NCBI GenBank assembly: GCA_021735165.1
Contig: JAIPHP010000001.1
Span: 23,510 to 87,509 of the forward strand
Direction of reading: 5' to 3'
DNA: 64,000 nt
Source of the DNA: Candidatus Woesearchaeota archaeon
Lineage (GTDB): Archaea > Nanobdellota > Nanobdellia > Woesearchaeales > 21-14-0-10-32-9
Made by a program: the position numbers and the translations under genes. Positions 28,827 through 39,561 of the stretch are shown here, one piece after another. Each line of letters begins with the position of its first letter. Within the stretch, counting starts at the first letter, position 1. Below the pieces are notes generated by a model that saw nothing but the letters and a program-made list of their open reading frames with translations, ran no database searches and was not told where the DNA came from.

Positions 28827-29864
28827 TTATCTTACAATTTCAATTCCTAGTTCGGAACTTAAATGAGCCCTAGCAGCTTCTGCTTGCTTAGCACTTTGTT
28901 TGCCTAAAATCCATGGAGATTTAACACCAGTAATTATAGTCATAACAGTCAATTTGCCCTTCATATCATCTGTGACACGTGCGCCCCAAATAACATTAGC
29001 ATCTTCATCCATAGATTCTGTTACGAGTTCTCCAATTTTATTGATTTCATCCAGAGTCATATCATTTCCGCCATGAACTTGAATAATTGCTCCTGAAGCT
29101 CCCTGATAACTTATATCAAGCAAAGGATTGCTCAAAGCACCTTTAACTGCTTCTTCAACCCTATTAGCCGTATCTGAAGCGCCAACTCCAATAGCTGCAA
29201 CATCTCCATTAGTCATTATTGCCTTAACATCAGCATAATCTAAGTTTACAAGTGAAGGCACCGCTATTGTTTCAACAATTCCTTTAATCATTGTAGCAAT
29301 TAATTCATTAGCTACAGCAAATGCTTGTTGAACCGGCAAATTACCTGCAATTTGAACCAATCTATTATTATCGATAACAATAACAGTATCTGATTGTTTT
29401 CTTAGCATTTGAAGACCAAATTCTGCTTTATCAACTCTAGCCCTCTCAATCTTGAAAGGCATAGTAACTGTGCCTATAACTATAGCACCCATATCTTTTG
29501 CAACTTGTGCTACAACCGGAGCTGAACCTGTTCCTGTTCCTCCTCCCATTCCTGCACATACAAATACCATGTCTGCACCTTTTAAAGATTCTTTTAATTG
29601 AGACATACTCTCCTGAGCTGCTTCTGCACCCTTTTCAGGATAACCGCCAGCGCCAAGACCTCTTGTAACATCTTTACCAATCAGAATTTTCTTATCAGCT
29701 TCTACAACATTTAAATGTTGTTGATCAGTGTTACATGCAAGGATTTCTGCTCCTTGAATACCTTTCATGTAGAGCCAGTTTGTCATATTACATCCTGCTC
29801 CACCCATTCCGACAACTTTTATATTTGCCTGTCCAACATCAATTTGTTCAAATTCTCCGCTCAT
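28827..29864 (-). CDS. ftsZ: cell division GTPase FtsZ
   Basis: [12 protein letters not shown] and [13 protein letters not shown] tubulin/FtsZ signatures, N-terminal GTPase plus C-terminal domain. Confidence 0.95.
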   Translation of the reverse strand: MSGEFEQIDVGQANIKVVGMGGAGCNMTNWLYMKGIQGAEILACNTDQQHLNVVEADKKILIGKDVTRGLGAGGYPEKGAEAAQESMSQLKESLKGADMVFVCAGMGGGTGTGSAPVVAQVAKDMGAIVIGTVTMPFKIERARVDKAEFGLQMLRKQSDTVIVIDNNRLVQIAGNLPVQQAFAVANELIATMIKGIVETIAVPSLVNLDYADVKAIMTNGDVAAIGVGASDTANRVEEAVKGALSNPLLDISYQGASGAIIQVHGGNDMTLDEINKIGELVTESMDEDANVIWGARVTDDMKGKLTVMTIITGVKSPWILGKQSAKQAEAARAHLSSELGIEIVR

Positions 29865-30182
29865 TTGTTCCCCCTCCGTGGTTTTTTTCTCGATTGCGAA
29901 TCGGGTACTGGGAAATACCTCCTTCGTATCACCAAAATTGCAAGATCATGATAAAGCGCATAGCTAACGCTATCTTCTGCTGTCCATGTGTTGTTAAAAC
30001 GCTTATTTCCCCAAGCTGAAAAAATCAACCCTTGGCTCCGATCAGAACCGCCAAATCCATCTCGGAAATCAATTATTTACTCGCTTTTTTGGCAACTTTA
30101 TAATTAACTTAAATAGTCTCTGAAGTTATATATAAATATTTCTATACTCTAAAGCATATTTTCAATAATACAGTTTTCACAA

Positions 30183-30713
30183 CTATTTAGAAAAAAGAAT
30201 TTTCTTCTGTCCAGGATACAATCCCATAGACACCATTTGTTCATATTGCTCAGGCAACAAGACCAAATGTATTATATTAAACTTATATTTCTGCTTAATA
30301 TCCACAATTTTCTCTCTAATAGAATCCTTATCAATATCATCCCCCATTATCAAAATACTAGCCTTATCTTTTTCTTCTTTACCGTGCAAAACAGCCATTT
30401 GAACGCCTAAAACCCCTGAAATGAACTGAATAAATTCTTGAATTGCAGAAGTCTTATCTTCCAACAAATCTATCAAAAAAGCACTATTCTCGGGATTAAA
30501 CCTATATGTTTTTAGATGCTTCACCCTAATTTCAGAAATAAGATCTAACTTCAAAAGAGTGCCTAAAATCCTATGCACCGTCGCAGGAGGAACCCTTGTC
30601 AATTTAGCAATCTCCCTTAAATAATACTCATCAGAGGAATTATTAATAAACAATTTTAAGACCTTTATCATCTTTTTATCAAATAAACTTTCTAAAATAT
30701 CCTTCTTGTCCAT
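30183..30713 (-). CDS. winged-helix transcriptional regulator with C-terminal accessory domain
   Basis: YLREIAKLTRVPPATVHRILGTLLKLDLI HTH pattern. Confidence 0.5.
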   Translation of the reverse strand: MDKKDILESLFDKKMIKVLKLFINNSSDEYYLREIAKLTRVPPATVHRILGTLLKLDLISEIRVKHLKTYRFNPENSAFLIDLLEDKTSAIQEFIQFISGVLGVQMAVLHGKEEKDKASILIMGDDIDKDSIREKIVDIKQKYKFNIIHLVLLPEQYEQMVSMGLYPGQKKILFSK

Positions 30714-30828
30714 AAAAACATTTATAGACGAGAACTATATAAACCTTTCTATTTTTGAAACAGCGTTCCAAAATTGAAACAAGGTTTTTTCGACATATTT
30801 TTAATAAGAGACAAAAACAAAAAAACTC

Positions 30829-31836
30829 ATGACCAAACAACAAAACATTCTAACAACACAAAAACAAAACTACCCAGAACTAGCAAAATATGAAATTCTA
30901 CGAACCATAAAAAAATACCTCAAAAACACACCAGAGCAACATAACAACATAACAATAATAAAAAATCCACAAAACAAAAAAAACAAAATAATGAATGCTC
31001 TAAACAAACTCGCCCTAACAAAAAACGCATACCAAATCCTAGAAACTCAAAAAAACTACAAAACTCTCCTAAAAAAAATCCAGACAACAAAATACCCAGA
31101 AATATCAAAACCAAAAAAAACATACAAAATAACGATAATAAACACTCAAAAAAAACAAGAAACTAAAAACATAGACGAAATAGTAACCAACCTAAAACAA
31201 AACAACAAACTAGGAAAAGTCAATTTGAAGAACCCAGATACAGAAATAACAATCATAAAAGAAGCAAAAAACAACCACCTATGCATAAAAATATGGGAAA
31301 ATAAAGAAAAATACCAAGAACGAAAAAACGACAAAAGACCAGCCCCACACCCAACAAGCATGAACCCAGAACTAGCAAGAGCACTAATAAACATCTCAGA
31401 AGCAAAAAACAACATGCTAGACCCCTTCTGCGGAAGCGGAGGCATACTAATAGAAGCCGGGAAAATACTCAAAAACATAAAAGGAGGAGATATAGATTCT
31501 GAAATGATACTAAAAGCAAAAATAAATCTAGAACACTACGGAATACAAAAATATGAACTTAAAACGCAAAAAGCAACTGAATGGAAAGAAAAAACAGAAT
31601 CCATAATAACAGACATACCCTACGGAAAAAGCTCAAAACTAAAACAAAAAATACAAGAACTAGTATCTGACTTTTTAAAAAATGCAAAAACAACCACCAA
31701 AGACATAATACTGGTGCACCCAGAAAACAAAAAAATAACAAAAACAATACAAAAAAGTAAATGGCGCCCCCAAAAAATAATCAAAATAAAAATACACAAA
31801 ACGCTAACAAGACAAATAACCCACCTAAAATTATAA
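30829..31836 (+). CDS. THUMP-associated RNA (tRNA m2G-type) methyltransferase, Trm14/UPF0020-like, with N/K-rich low-complexity N-terminus
   Basis: DPFCGSGGILIEA SAM-binding motif I and DIPYG catalytic (D/N)PP(Y/F)-type motif. Confidence 0.65.
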   Translation: MTKQQNILTTQKQNYPELAKYEILRTIKKYLKNTPEQHNNITIIKNPQNKKNKIMNALNKLALTKNAYQILETQKNYKTLLKKIQTTKYPEISKPKKTYKITIINTQKKQETKNIDEIVTNLKQNNKLGKVNLKNPDTEITIIKEAKNNHLCIKIWENKEKYQERKNDKRPAPHPTSMNPELARALINISEAKNNMLDPFCGSGGILIEAGKILKNIKGGDIDSEMILKAKINLEHYGIQKYELKTQKATEWKEKTESIITDIPYGKSSKLKQKIQELVSDFLKNAKTTTKDIILVHPENKKITKTIQKSKWRPQKIIKIKIHKTLTRQITHLKL

Positions 31837-32343
31837 CGAAGAAATTCTAGAATAAACAGAACTCATAGCCTGATCATCATAACCAACACTATTAAGAGAA
31901 TTAATTAACAAATTCAACTTAGAGTAAAGAAACTGCAACAAATCGCCTTTTAATTCTGATAAACCAGGATGCTGGGCTAACAACTCCAACAATTCCTCCA
32001 AAGTATCACTCATCAACTGCAATCTCTCTTTCTTATCCATAATATAATCATTATCATTAAACATAATGTAATCTTTATTTTGAGCCTCAATACCCATAAT
32101 AGTATCAACATCCACAATTAAGCTATCAATCTTAGTCTTAACCCTTGTAAAAGTATTCTCTAACTCCGCCAACCTAGCACCAACCCCTGCAACATCATTA
32201 GATCTTAAAGCCTCACTCAAAGAATACAACTCTTTCTCCAAGCGACCAATCAAATCAAAAATTTGTTTAACAACAGACATATCAGATTGCTCAATCTGAA
32301 CCATACGAGGCTCAGGCCTCTTAAATAAAGCAAAAGCCATCAA
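31831..32343 (-). CDS. hypothetical coiled-coil protein
   Basis: ORF, overlaps upstream gene by 4 bp. Confidence 0.35.
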   Translation of the reverse strand: MMAFALFKRPEPRMVQIEQSDMSVVKQIFDLIGRLEKELYSLSEALRSNDVAGVGARLAELENTFTRVKTKIDSLIVDVDTIMGIEAQNKDYIMFNDNDYIMDKKERLQLMSDTLEELLELLAQHPGLSELKGDLLQFLYSKLNLLINSLNSVGYDDQAMSSVYSRISSL

Positions 32344-33929
32344 AAGGAACCTCCAGGAAACTCTTTAGCCTTATTAATTAATTCCCTAACTGAATCCTCC
32401 TCAACAAACTCACCATTTAAAATAGATTCCTTAAAATTTTTCAATACCCCAATCTCCCTTAGACCAACCAAATTAGGGTACTCCGCCAACCTAGCTAAAG
32501 CATCATCTAAACTTAGAGGCTCATCACCATATTTACTTCTATAAAACGAATAAACTTTTTCAACCAACAAAGTTTCAACAGACTTCAACTCATCAAGCAA
32601 AGAAACAGAAGAACCCAAAGAACTAGAAGAACTAGAATTCTCATCTAAAGAATCAGAATCTAAAATAAAATCATCCTCAGAAGAATCATTTATCAACTCA
32701 TCGGCACTTTTAATATCTGGGTCAATAGTATTTTCAACAACAAATTTATCTTCCTCAACAGATGAATCATTAGAAAAATCCCCATCATCATCCTGATAAT
32801 CGGAACGTTCTTCAACAACACACTCACCCGAAGAAACTTCTTTAACATCATCTATCGCGAAATCTTCTTTAGAGTCAAAAACATCAACATCGCCCTTCTT
32901 AGAAATGACTCGTTGTCCACCAAGTTTTCCATAAGAAGTGTCATCAACACTAAACTTTTCAGAAATATCAGACTTAGAACTAAAAGAATCAACTAAAAAT
33001 AATTTAAAAGCATCACTAGAAACAGAAAAATACGCTTTGCAATCCTTATCAATAACAGATTTAGCTTTCTTACAAAGCCTAGCAGCCTCCTTTATTTGAA
33101 AATTAGACAACTTCTGACCATCACCTTTAGAACCCAAAGAACGTTTAATTAAAATTCCTGATCTATCAGAAGCCAAAATAGCAAATTCCTGCCTGACAAC
33201 ACTTGCATCAACCAACTCCAAATACTCATTTCTAACTAAAAACTCATCTTTAGAAAAAGAATTCGTAATATCCAAAAGACCCTTATATGCAAAAACAAAA
33301 ACCCCTGAAAGACTAGAACCTGAATCAACTTCGCAAGTAAAAGGAAATTTATACATACTCTGAACAACAACACCCATAGAAAACTTCTTAATCCCTAATT
33401 TAAGACGATATTTAAGCATTTCCGGACAAAACATCGCTAACCAACAAGACTTCAAAGCACAAATAAAATTATCAAATCCGCAAATATTAAGAAAAACACC
33501 TTTAAAAGTACTAAGAGGCAAATCATAATCAGGACTGACAAATAAATTCACCCTCTCATCCTTTTTGCTAAGCAAAGACGAAACATCAAAAGAATCAGCA
33601 CCCATAGAAAAAGCCTCATAAGACTCCCTTAATTGCTCCAAATAATCAGGAGGAAACCCGGAATTACTAAATAAAAATTTAATTTTATTGTAAACAACCT
33701 CAAAATCACCATGTGAACCTTCAGCATCCGAAGTCAACTTCTGTAACTTAACATCTAAACCATTAAAACTAAGAAATTCCTCAAAAAAAACATGAGGCAC
33801 AACAAAACTAGAAACCACAGGAATCCTATTTTGCGCACAAATCGCAAGATCAAGCGCTCTAGAACCTACCTTATGAATGTCAGATAAATTAATCTTGCTC
33901 AAAGTAAGAGTGAAATTCAATACATACAC
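32340..33929 (-). CDS. PEP/pyruvate-binding (PPDK_N-like) domain protein with acidic C-terminal region
   Basis: N-terminal region resembles the PEP synthase/PPDK nucleotide-binding domain; weak. Confidence 0.4.
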   Translation of the reverse strand: MYVLNFTLTLSKINLSDIHKVGSRALDLAICAQNRIPVVSSFVVPHVFFEEFLSFNGLDVKLQKLTSDAEGSHGDFEVVYNKIKFLFSNSGFPPDYLEQLRESYEAFSMGADSFDVSSLLSKKDERVNLFVSPDYDLPLSTFKGVFLNICGFDNFICALKSCWLAMFCPEMLKYRLKLGIKKFSMGVVVQSMYKFPFTCEVDSGSSLSGVFVFAYKGLLDITNSFSKDEFLVRNEYLELVDASVVRQEFAILASDRSGILIKRSLGSKGDGQKLSNFQIKEAARLCKKAKSVIDKDCKAYFSVSSDAFKLFLVDSFSSKSDISEKFSVDDTSYGKLGGQRVISKKGDVDVFDSKEDFAIDDVKEVSSGECVVEERSDYQDDDGDFSNDSSVEEDKFVVENTIDPDIKSADELINDSSEDDFILDSDSLDENSSSSSSLGSSVSLLDELKSVETLLVEKVYSFYRSKYGDEPLSLDDALARLAEYPNLVGLREIGVLKNFKESILNGEFVEEDSVRELINKAKEFPGGSF

Positions 33930-34111
33930 CTCAGTCCACGGATATAAACAAATAAAAACATAGGTATATAAAGATTTTGATTAAACTGTTATTAAACTCA
34001 AACAACAAATCATCCACCAAAAAAACTAAACATAAAAAAACAACTAAACATAAGCAAACAAAACTAAATACACGCCAAAAATTAACAAAATGCTTAAAAT
34101 ACCCAAAAAAA

Positions 34112-34891
34112 TTAGTTAGTTTCTTTACTAACTCCAAAAACAATCTCACTTAACTTCTTAGAAATTGATTCAGGATCTGAATCTTGCCAAACATTTCTAC
34201 CAATAGCAACTCCAGAAGCTCCAGAAGCAATAGCTGAAGAAATCGCACTAAAAAAGTCAGTTTCGCCAATTTTCTTACCACCCGCAACAACAACTCTAGC
34301 CCTGCCAGCGCACTTAATAATCCACTTCAACCCTTCAGGATCCCCATTATATTTAACTTTAACAACATCAGCACCTAATTCCATGGCAACACGAGCACCA
34401 TAAGCAATGATATCAGTATCTAAATCATTTTTAATAGAAGGCCCTCTAGGATACATCCAACAAACAACCAACAATCCCAACCTTTTAGCTTCCTCACAAA
34501 TCATTCCAAACTCTCTAAACATCTCTTGTTCTCTTGACGCGCCCAAATAAATAGTATACCCCACACCTAAGGCTCCGAGCTTTTTAGCATACTTAACACT
34601 AGTATGACTTAAAGAAACAGGATCATAATTATCAAATCTATCTTTAGCATTCAATTTAACAATTAAAGGAACCTTTCTATTTTCTCCCAAATAATATTTC
34701 TCAGCAATGCCTGCCTGAACAGCGACTGCAGTATAATCACCCTTCAACGCAATATCAAAAATTCTCTGCGGATTAACATTTTCTAAATTAAAATCAGCAG
34801 GCCCATGTTCAAATCCTTGATCATAAGCTAAAATTAAAAATTTTCCATCCTTAATAATAGATCTCTTCTTAAAAAATAACATACATCTCAC
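34112..34891 (-). CDS. fba: archaeal class I fructose-bisphosphate aldolase (DhnA/FbaB family)
   Basis: LILAYDQGFEHGP hallmark and overall length. Confidence 0.8.
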   Translation of the reverse strand: MRCMLFFKKRSIIKDGKFLILAYDQGFEHGPADFNLENVNPQRIFDIALKGDYTAVAVQAGIAEKYYLGENRKVPLIVKLNAKDRFDNYDPVSLSHTSVKYAKKLGALGVGYTIYLGASREQEMFREFGMICEEAKRLGLLVVCWMYPRGPSIKNDLDTDIIAYGARVAMELGADVVKVKYNGDPEGLKWIIKCAGRARVVVAGGKKIGETDFFSAISSAIASGASGVAIGRNVWQDSDPESISKKLSEIVFGVSKETN

Positions 34892-35769
34892 CTCAATTTG
34901 TACTCAACGATTTTTCTATTATCCTTATTCAACAACTTAACAAGCTCATCATAATTCAAAAGCTTGTTCTTAGCCCCATATGATTGTATTACACTTTCTG
35001 CTTGTATAAAACCCATTTTAAATGCAGCTTTTAAATTTTTCCCTAAGACAAGACCTGATGTAAAACCAGAAGCAAAAGCATCTCCAGCTCCTGTAGTTTC
35101 TACTATTTTTAACTTATTAGAAGATTTAGACTGTAAAACCAAATCGCCATCATAACACCAAGCACCATTTTTACCATCTGTGACTACGACCAAATCCTTA
35201 ACATGAGTCTTCAAAAATTTCAAAATACTTTTTATATCCTTTTTTCCAGAAAGAACCCTTGCCTCATCCTTATTAAGAATTAAACAATGACATCTAGACA
35301 AAATATTATTAAGGTAAGCCGCACCTTTCTTTACCAAATAAGAAGAAGGATTAAAAACAACTTTAATTCTAGCAGATTCTGCAAACAAAGCCAAATCGTT
35401 TAAAGCATCAAAAGACTCTCCAACCATAGAACTGAAATAAAACCATTTAGTCTTAAGATTGGCCTTAACAATATCTTTGAACCTTAAACTATCATTACAA
35501 CCCTTATACGTAAGAATAGTCCTATCATCATGCAAACTATCCAATACCACACTCAAACCAGTTACTTTACCAAGAACACCTAAAAAATGAACGTTCTCTT
35601 TCTTAAGCAATCTAAAAACTTTCAAACCTTCATCATCTTTACCAATAACGCCAACATAACCAGTCCTAAGACCTAATCTAGAAAAAGAAACAGCAGTATT
35701 AGTACCTCCTCCACCAATCTGATGCTCTAAATGATTAACTAAAATTTTTTCACCAACAGGATACACCAA
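34888..35769 (-). CDS. PfkB-family carbohydrate/nucleoside kinase
   Basis: GGGTNTAVSFSRLGL and TGAGDAFASGF motifs. Confidence 0.8.
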   Translation of the reverse strand: MVYPVGEKILVNHLEHQIGGGGTNTAVSFSRLGLRTGYVGVIGKDDEGLKVFRLLKKENVHFLGVLGKVTGLSVVLDSLHDDRTILTYKGCNDSLRFKDIVKANLKTKWFYFSSMVGESFDALNDLALFAESARIKVVFNPSSYLVKKGAAYLNNILSRCHCLILNKDEARVLSGKKDIKSILKFLKTHVKDLVVVTDGKNGAWCYDGDLVLQSKSSNKLKIVETTGAGDAFASGFTSGLVLGKNLKAAFKMGFIQAESVIQSYGAKNKLLNYDELVKLLNKDNRKIVEYKLR

Positions 35770-35939
35770 ACAAGAATCGCTTTTTTTAATCTTTTTACCA
35801 GTATTAACATGAATAACAGACGCCTTAGTCTTAACAAAAATATCAACTGTGTTGCTTCCAACCGAAATTATATCAAACAGACACCCTCACCTCTAAATAA
35901 AAGATTAAAAACAACACTATATAAATTTTACCACAAAAT

Positions 35940-36078
35940 AAGGCGTGTCCCAAATCTTTCTTTTTCTTATTGCAAAGTATTGTTAGCTGCTTCGCAGTCT
36001 AAGTTTCACTAAGAAACACAGATCTTTAACGTGTTCCGCGTTGTGTTTCTCTCAATTGAGCTTTAGAGCAATACAGAT
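35940..36078 (+). repeat. left copy of an approximately 140-bp inverted repeat pair
   Basis: reverse complement matches 40897-41037 with a 70-bp perfect core (AAAGTATTGTTAGCTGCTTCGCAGTCTAAGTTTCACTAAGAAACACAGATCTTTAACGTGTTCC). Confidence 0.85.
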
Positions 36079-36143
36079 GTTAGTGACACGCTCCACAAAA
36101 AAAAACAAATAACACACAAAAAACAACGTCATAAACAAAAAAC

Positions 36144-37169
36144 CTAAAATTTCATATTATCAAGAAAACTATGAACTTCCCACAAATTATCAATAAACTC
36201 TAAACTATCAGAATCCTTAAATTTTTCAAAAAACTCAATTTTCAAAAAATTTGTTTCTTCAACACTAACTCTTGCTAAATCATCAACTTCAATCAACCCA
36301 TAAGGATATCCTAATAACGCAGAATCACAAGAAAAAAAACAAAGCCCGCACAATAAATCAGCTAAATGATCAGATTGAAAACTAAAATAATCTAATCTAA
36401 ACAAAAGATTAGAATTTTCATTAAAAGAAACAACTCCCAAAGATACAGATTCATAAAATTTAGAAATTAGAGGAACAAAAAAAGATTTCAAAGCAAACCT
36501 TTTAGCCACAACATCCATAGCTAACAACAAAGGATACCCTGAGCCCGTCCTTAAATCAGAACCTTTAGCAACACCAATAACAAAAACGCCATTTTTGACA
36601 CAATTTAAAACCACAGAATCATACAAATCAACGTGTTCACCAAAATCCAAATCGCCATCAAGAACAACACAGCAATGTTTATTATCAAAACATAAAGAAC
36701 ACACAAGTTCCAACTCTAGCTTCCTTCTAAAACCATTAATAATACCAACAAAGTCAACACTCTTAGAACTATCATCTAAATAAACGAATTCTTCTCTAAC
36801 AACTCCTAAGGCCACATTTTCAGCAGTTAAAACTATTCGCCCATTTATTTTATCCAAAACTCCACTCACAAAATATTCATCAGAAGAAACTTCAACCTTC
36901 TTCTCGCCAACATAAGCAACATAAGCAACCCTTAAAAAAGAGACACAAAAAAGAGGATTACAAAACAAAACAGAAGAACCACCATCAATAAAAAAAAATT
37001 TTTTATCAGTAAAAACAGATTTTAAAGAAAAAAAATCATTAATGGACAAAGAATTCAAATCAACGCCTGAATTAGCACTGCCAAAACAAAAAGAAAAATC
37101 CACATTAGAATCTACAGTCAAAACCGAACTAATCCTCTTAAATATTTCATCCATAAAAAACAAGAACAA
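36144..37169 (-). CDS. hypothetical protein, tentatively NurA-like nuclease
   Basis: FFFIDGGSSVLF resembles the NurA IDGS motif and the C-terminal GYPYGLIEVDDLARVS resembles the NurA C-terminal motif; weak. Confidence 0.3.
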   Translation of the reverse strand: MFLFFMDEIFKRISSVLTVDSNVDFSFCFGSANSGVDLNSLSINDFFSLKSVFTDKKFFFIDGGSSVLFCNPLFCVSFLRVAYVAYVGEKKVEVSSDEYFVSGVLDKINGRIVLTAENVALGVVREEFVYLDDSSKSVDFVGIINGFRRKLELELVCSLCFDNKHCCVVLDGDLDFGEHVDLYDSVVLNCVKNGVFVIGVAKGSDLRTGSGYPLLLAMDVVAKRFALKSFFVPLISKFYESVSLGVVSFNENSNLLFRLDYFSFQSDHLADLLCGLCFFSCDSALLGYPYGLIEVDDLARVSVEETNFLKIEFFEKFKDSDSLEFIDNLWEVHSFLDNMKF

Positions 37170-37219
37170 CTAAACCATATAAAAATATTAACATCTAAAC
37201 CTCGAAAAAAAAAGAATTA

Positions 37220-37816
37220 TCAAAGTCCCAATTCACTATGAAAAGGCTTAGGCATATTAGAAGGCGTCTTAAGCTTCATATATTGTTTAATCGTATCATG
37301 TAACTTATAAGTTTTAATCCATAAATCAGTCTTCAAAAAATCAATCTGTTTTTTATAAATCCTCTTAATAAACCACTCATCAAAATATTTCAAAATGGGA
37401 TGATTCCTCCAAGAATGCATATAGTCCAAAACAACCCAAGAAGTGCACCTAAGAATAAGATCTCCTTTATTAGTACCAATTTGCTGACCTTTATGAGTCA
37501 CTTTGTGCTTACCCATATTCAAAGTTTGAAAATCAAGCTTGAGATAATACTTATAATACTTATTATTGCTAGGAATATGATGAGTTCTCCACCAAATGTG
37601 ATGCTCAGAATTGCCATTACCAAGAATTTTCTCAAAATACAACGTCTCAATTTTCTCATTACCTGTATCTGGAGAAGTGAAATTATACATTTTAAACCAC
37701 TCATGAATTAACTTGTATATATTCTTTAAATGAAAAATATCCTCGTGCTCAATCTCAAAAGTAGCAACGAACTGAGAATGCAACTTATCCGTAGGATCAA
37801 ACTTTAAATCAGGCAT
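37220..37816 (-). CDS. hypothetical protein
   Basis: ORF only. Confidence 0.4.
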   Translation of the reverse strand: MPDLKFDPTDKLHSQFVATFEIEHEDIFHLKNIYKLIHEWFKMYNFTSPDTGNEKIETLYFEKILGNGNSEHHIWWRTHHIPSNNKYYKYYLKLDFQTLNMGKHKVTHKGQQIGTNKGDLILRCTSWVVLDYMHSWRNHPILKYFDEWFIKRIYKKQIDFLKTDLWIKTYKLHDTIKQYMKLKTPSNMPKPFHSELGL

Positions 37817-37991
37817 AAATACCTTATTAAAAAAAACATTATATAAATTTAATGATTTTCAAGGCAAATATCAAATTCTTAGATTTTTTGACACAAATAA
37901 AACACCACAACCAATAATTTTTTAAAACAACAACAAAATAAGCGTATAAACAACCATTCAAAAAAAAACAAAGATAAACAAAAGAAGTAAC

Positions 37992-39557
37992 TTATGCATC
38001 AACTAAATTACCTTTTCTAGCCCAAAACACTAACAAAAAATAAATCGGAATGCAAAATACCAAAACTCCAACACCAATAATCCTAAAAAAATCCAAATAT
38101 CCAACTCTTGAACCCATAAAAAAAAGAACGGATGTCAAAACAAAAAAAGGAATTAAAATAATAAGACTTGAAAAAGAATAAAATAATTTCCTATCAAAAG
38201 AATTCAGATATCTAGACGCCAGTAAACTATTACCCCCACCAAGCATACTAGCTCCAAAAATACTAAATAAATTAGCTAAAACCAAAGCAGGCAAAAAACT
38301 ATTCATAGATAAGGCTAACGGAAAAAAAGAAACAAGAACAGAGCCAAACACCAACAAAGGAGACAAACCAAGATACTTATTAAACCTAGAAGCAATTATC
38401 GGCCCGAAAATAGAAAACACTAAAGGAATACCAAAAACAAAAACAAGATTCATAAATTTGCCCAAAAAAATAGGCTCAAATTCCGAATAAATATAAACTC
38501 CTGCCAAACTATAAGTTGCTGACTGAAAAACCGCCAAGAACAAAGTAGCAAGACCTAACATCAAAAGATGTTTATTATATAAAAACCTCTTACCTTTTCT
38601 AAAAACAGATTCGATAAAATAAGTCTTAAATTCAAAAAAAGATAATTTCTTAGTAAAATTTCTAAACTTCATCCTAGAAAGCCAATAAGAAGACAAAATA
38701 AAAACAATAGTTGTTAACTCAAAAGCAATCAAAAAACCATGCAAACGAAAACTAAAATCAAAACCAAAAACACTCAAACTAAATAAAACCCCTGACAAAG
38801 GAACCAAATCCATCAAAACCGCACTACCTAAAAAACCAAAAAACATCAATAAAACACCAAAAAACGCAGTAGTAGGAGACACCAACACACTAAAACCCTT
38901 ACTAGAACTCTCTCTAAACGTCCTGAATAAATCACCATAAATAACAACACCTACAGAACCAACTAAAAAACTAACTGCGAAAAGCCAAATAGAACCAAGA
39001 GAAACCGCCAACGCAATAAACAAAAAACTAAACCCAAAAACCAAACCACTAAAATTAATAAACCACACTCTAAAATTAGCTTTATCATAATACTCTCTAA
39101 AAAAAGTGGAAAAAAAAGTGGTGATGCAAGTCCTTAAAACATTCAAAAACCCAATCAAAAAAAAACCTGCACCCGTTAAATAAAACAAAACACTTAAAAC
39201 CTGATTAGACGCCAAACCAAATCCAAACCTATCTAAAAAATACTTTTTCTTAGACAAACTATCATTAGAAACGAAATCATTATGATCTGCATACTCCCGG
39301 GCAATACTTTTCATAGCAACAACTATATCCGACTCAGCATACCCCGCTTTCAAAAGTTTCCTATTAACATCAGAAATGGACAAACCACTCCTCAAATAAG
39401 ATTCAATATCTTTTAACAACTCACCCATAAATAACCCAAAAACAAAATACAAAACCACGTTTTTAAAGTTTTCGAAGTAAAAACATAAAAACAATACAAA
39501 AAGTATTAAAAACCCACAAAAAAGGAACAAAACATAAAAACCAAAAAAAGAATCCAA
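37992..39557 (-). CDS. polytopic membrane protein, possible MFS-type transporter with soluble N-terminal domain
   Basis: more than 10 predicted TM helices. Confidence 0.45.
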   Translation of the reverse strand: MDSFFGFYVLFLFCGFLILFVLFLCFYFENFKNVVLYFVFGLFMGELLKDIESYLRSGLSISDVNRKLLKAGYAESDIVVAMKSIAREYADHNDFVSNDSLSKKKYFLDRFGFGLASNQVLSVLFYLTGAGFFLIGFLNVLRTCITTFFSTFFREYYDKANFRVWFINFSGLVFGFSFLFIALAVSLGSIWLFAVSFLVGSVGVVIYGDLFRTFRESSSKGFSVLVSPTTAFFGVLLMFFGFLGSAVLMDLVPLSGVLFSLSVFGFDFSFRLHGFLIAFELTTIVFILSSYWLSRMKFRNFTKKLSFFEFKTYFIESVFRKGKRFLYNKHLLMLGLATLFLAVFQSATYSLAGVYIYSEFEPIFLGKFMNLVFVFGIPLVFSIFGPIIASRFNKYLGLSPLLVFGSVLVSFFPLALSMNSFLPALVLANLFSIFGASMLGGGNSLLASRYLNSFDRKLFYSFSSLIILIPFFVLTSVLFFMGSRVGYLDFFRIIGVGVLVFCIPIYFLLVFWARKGNLVDA

Positions 39558-39561
39558 AAAA

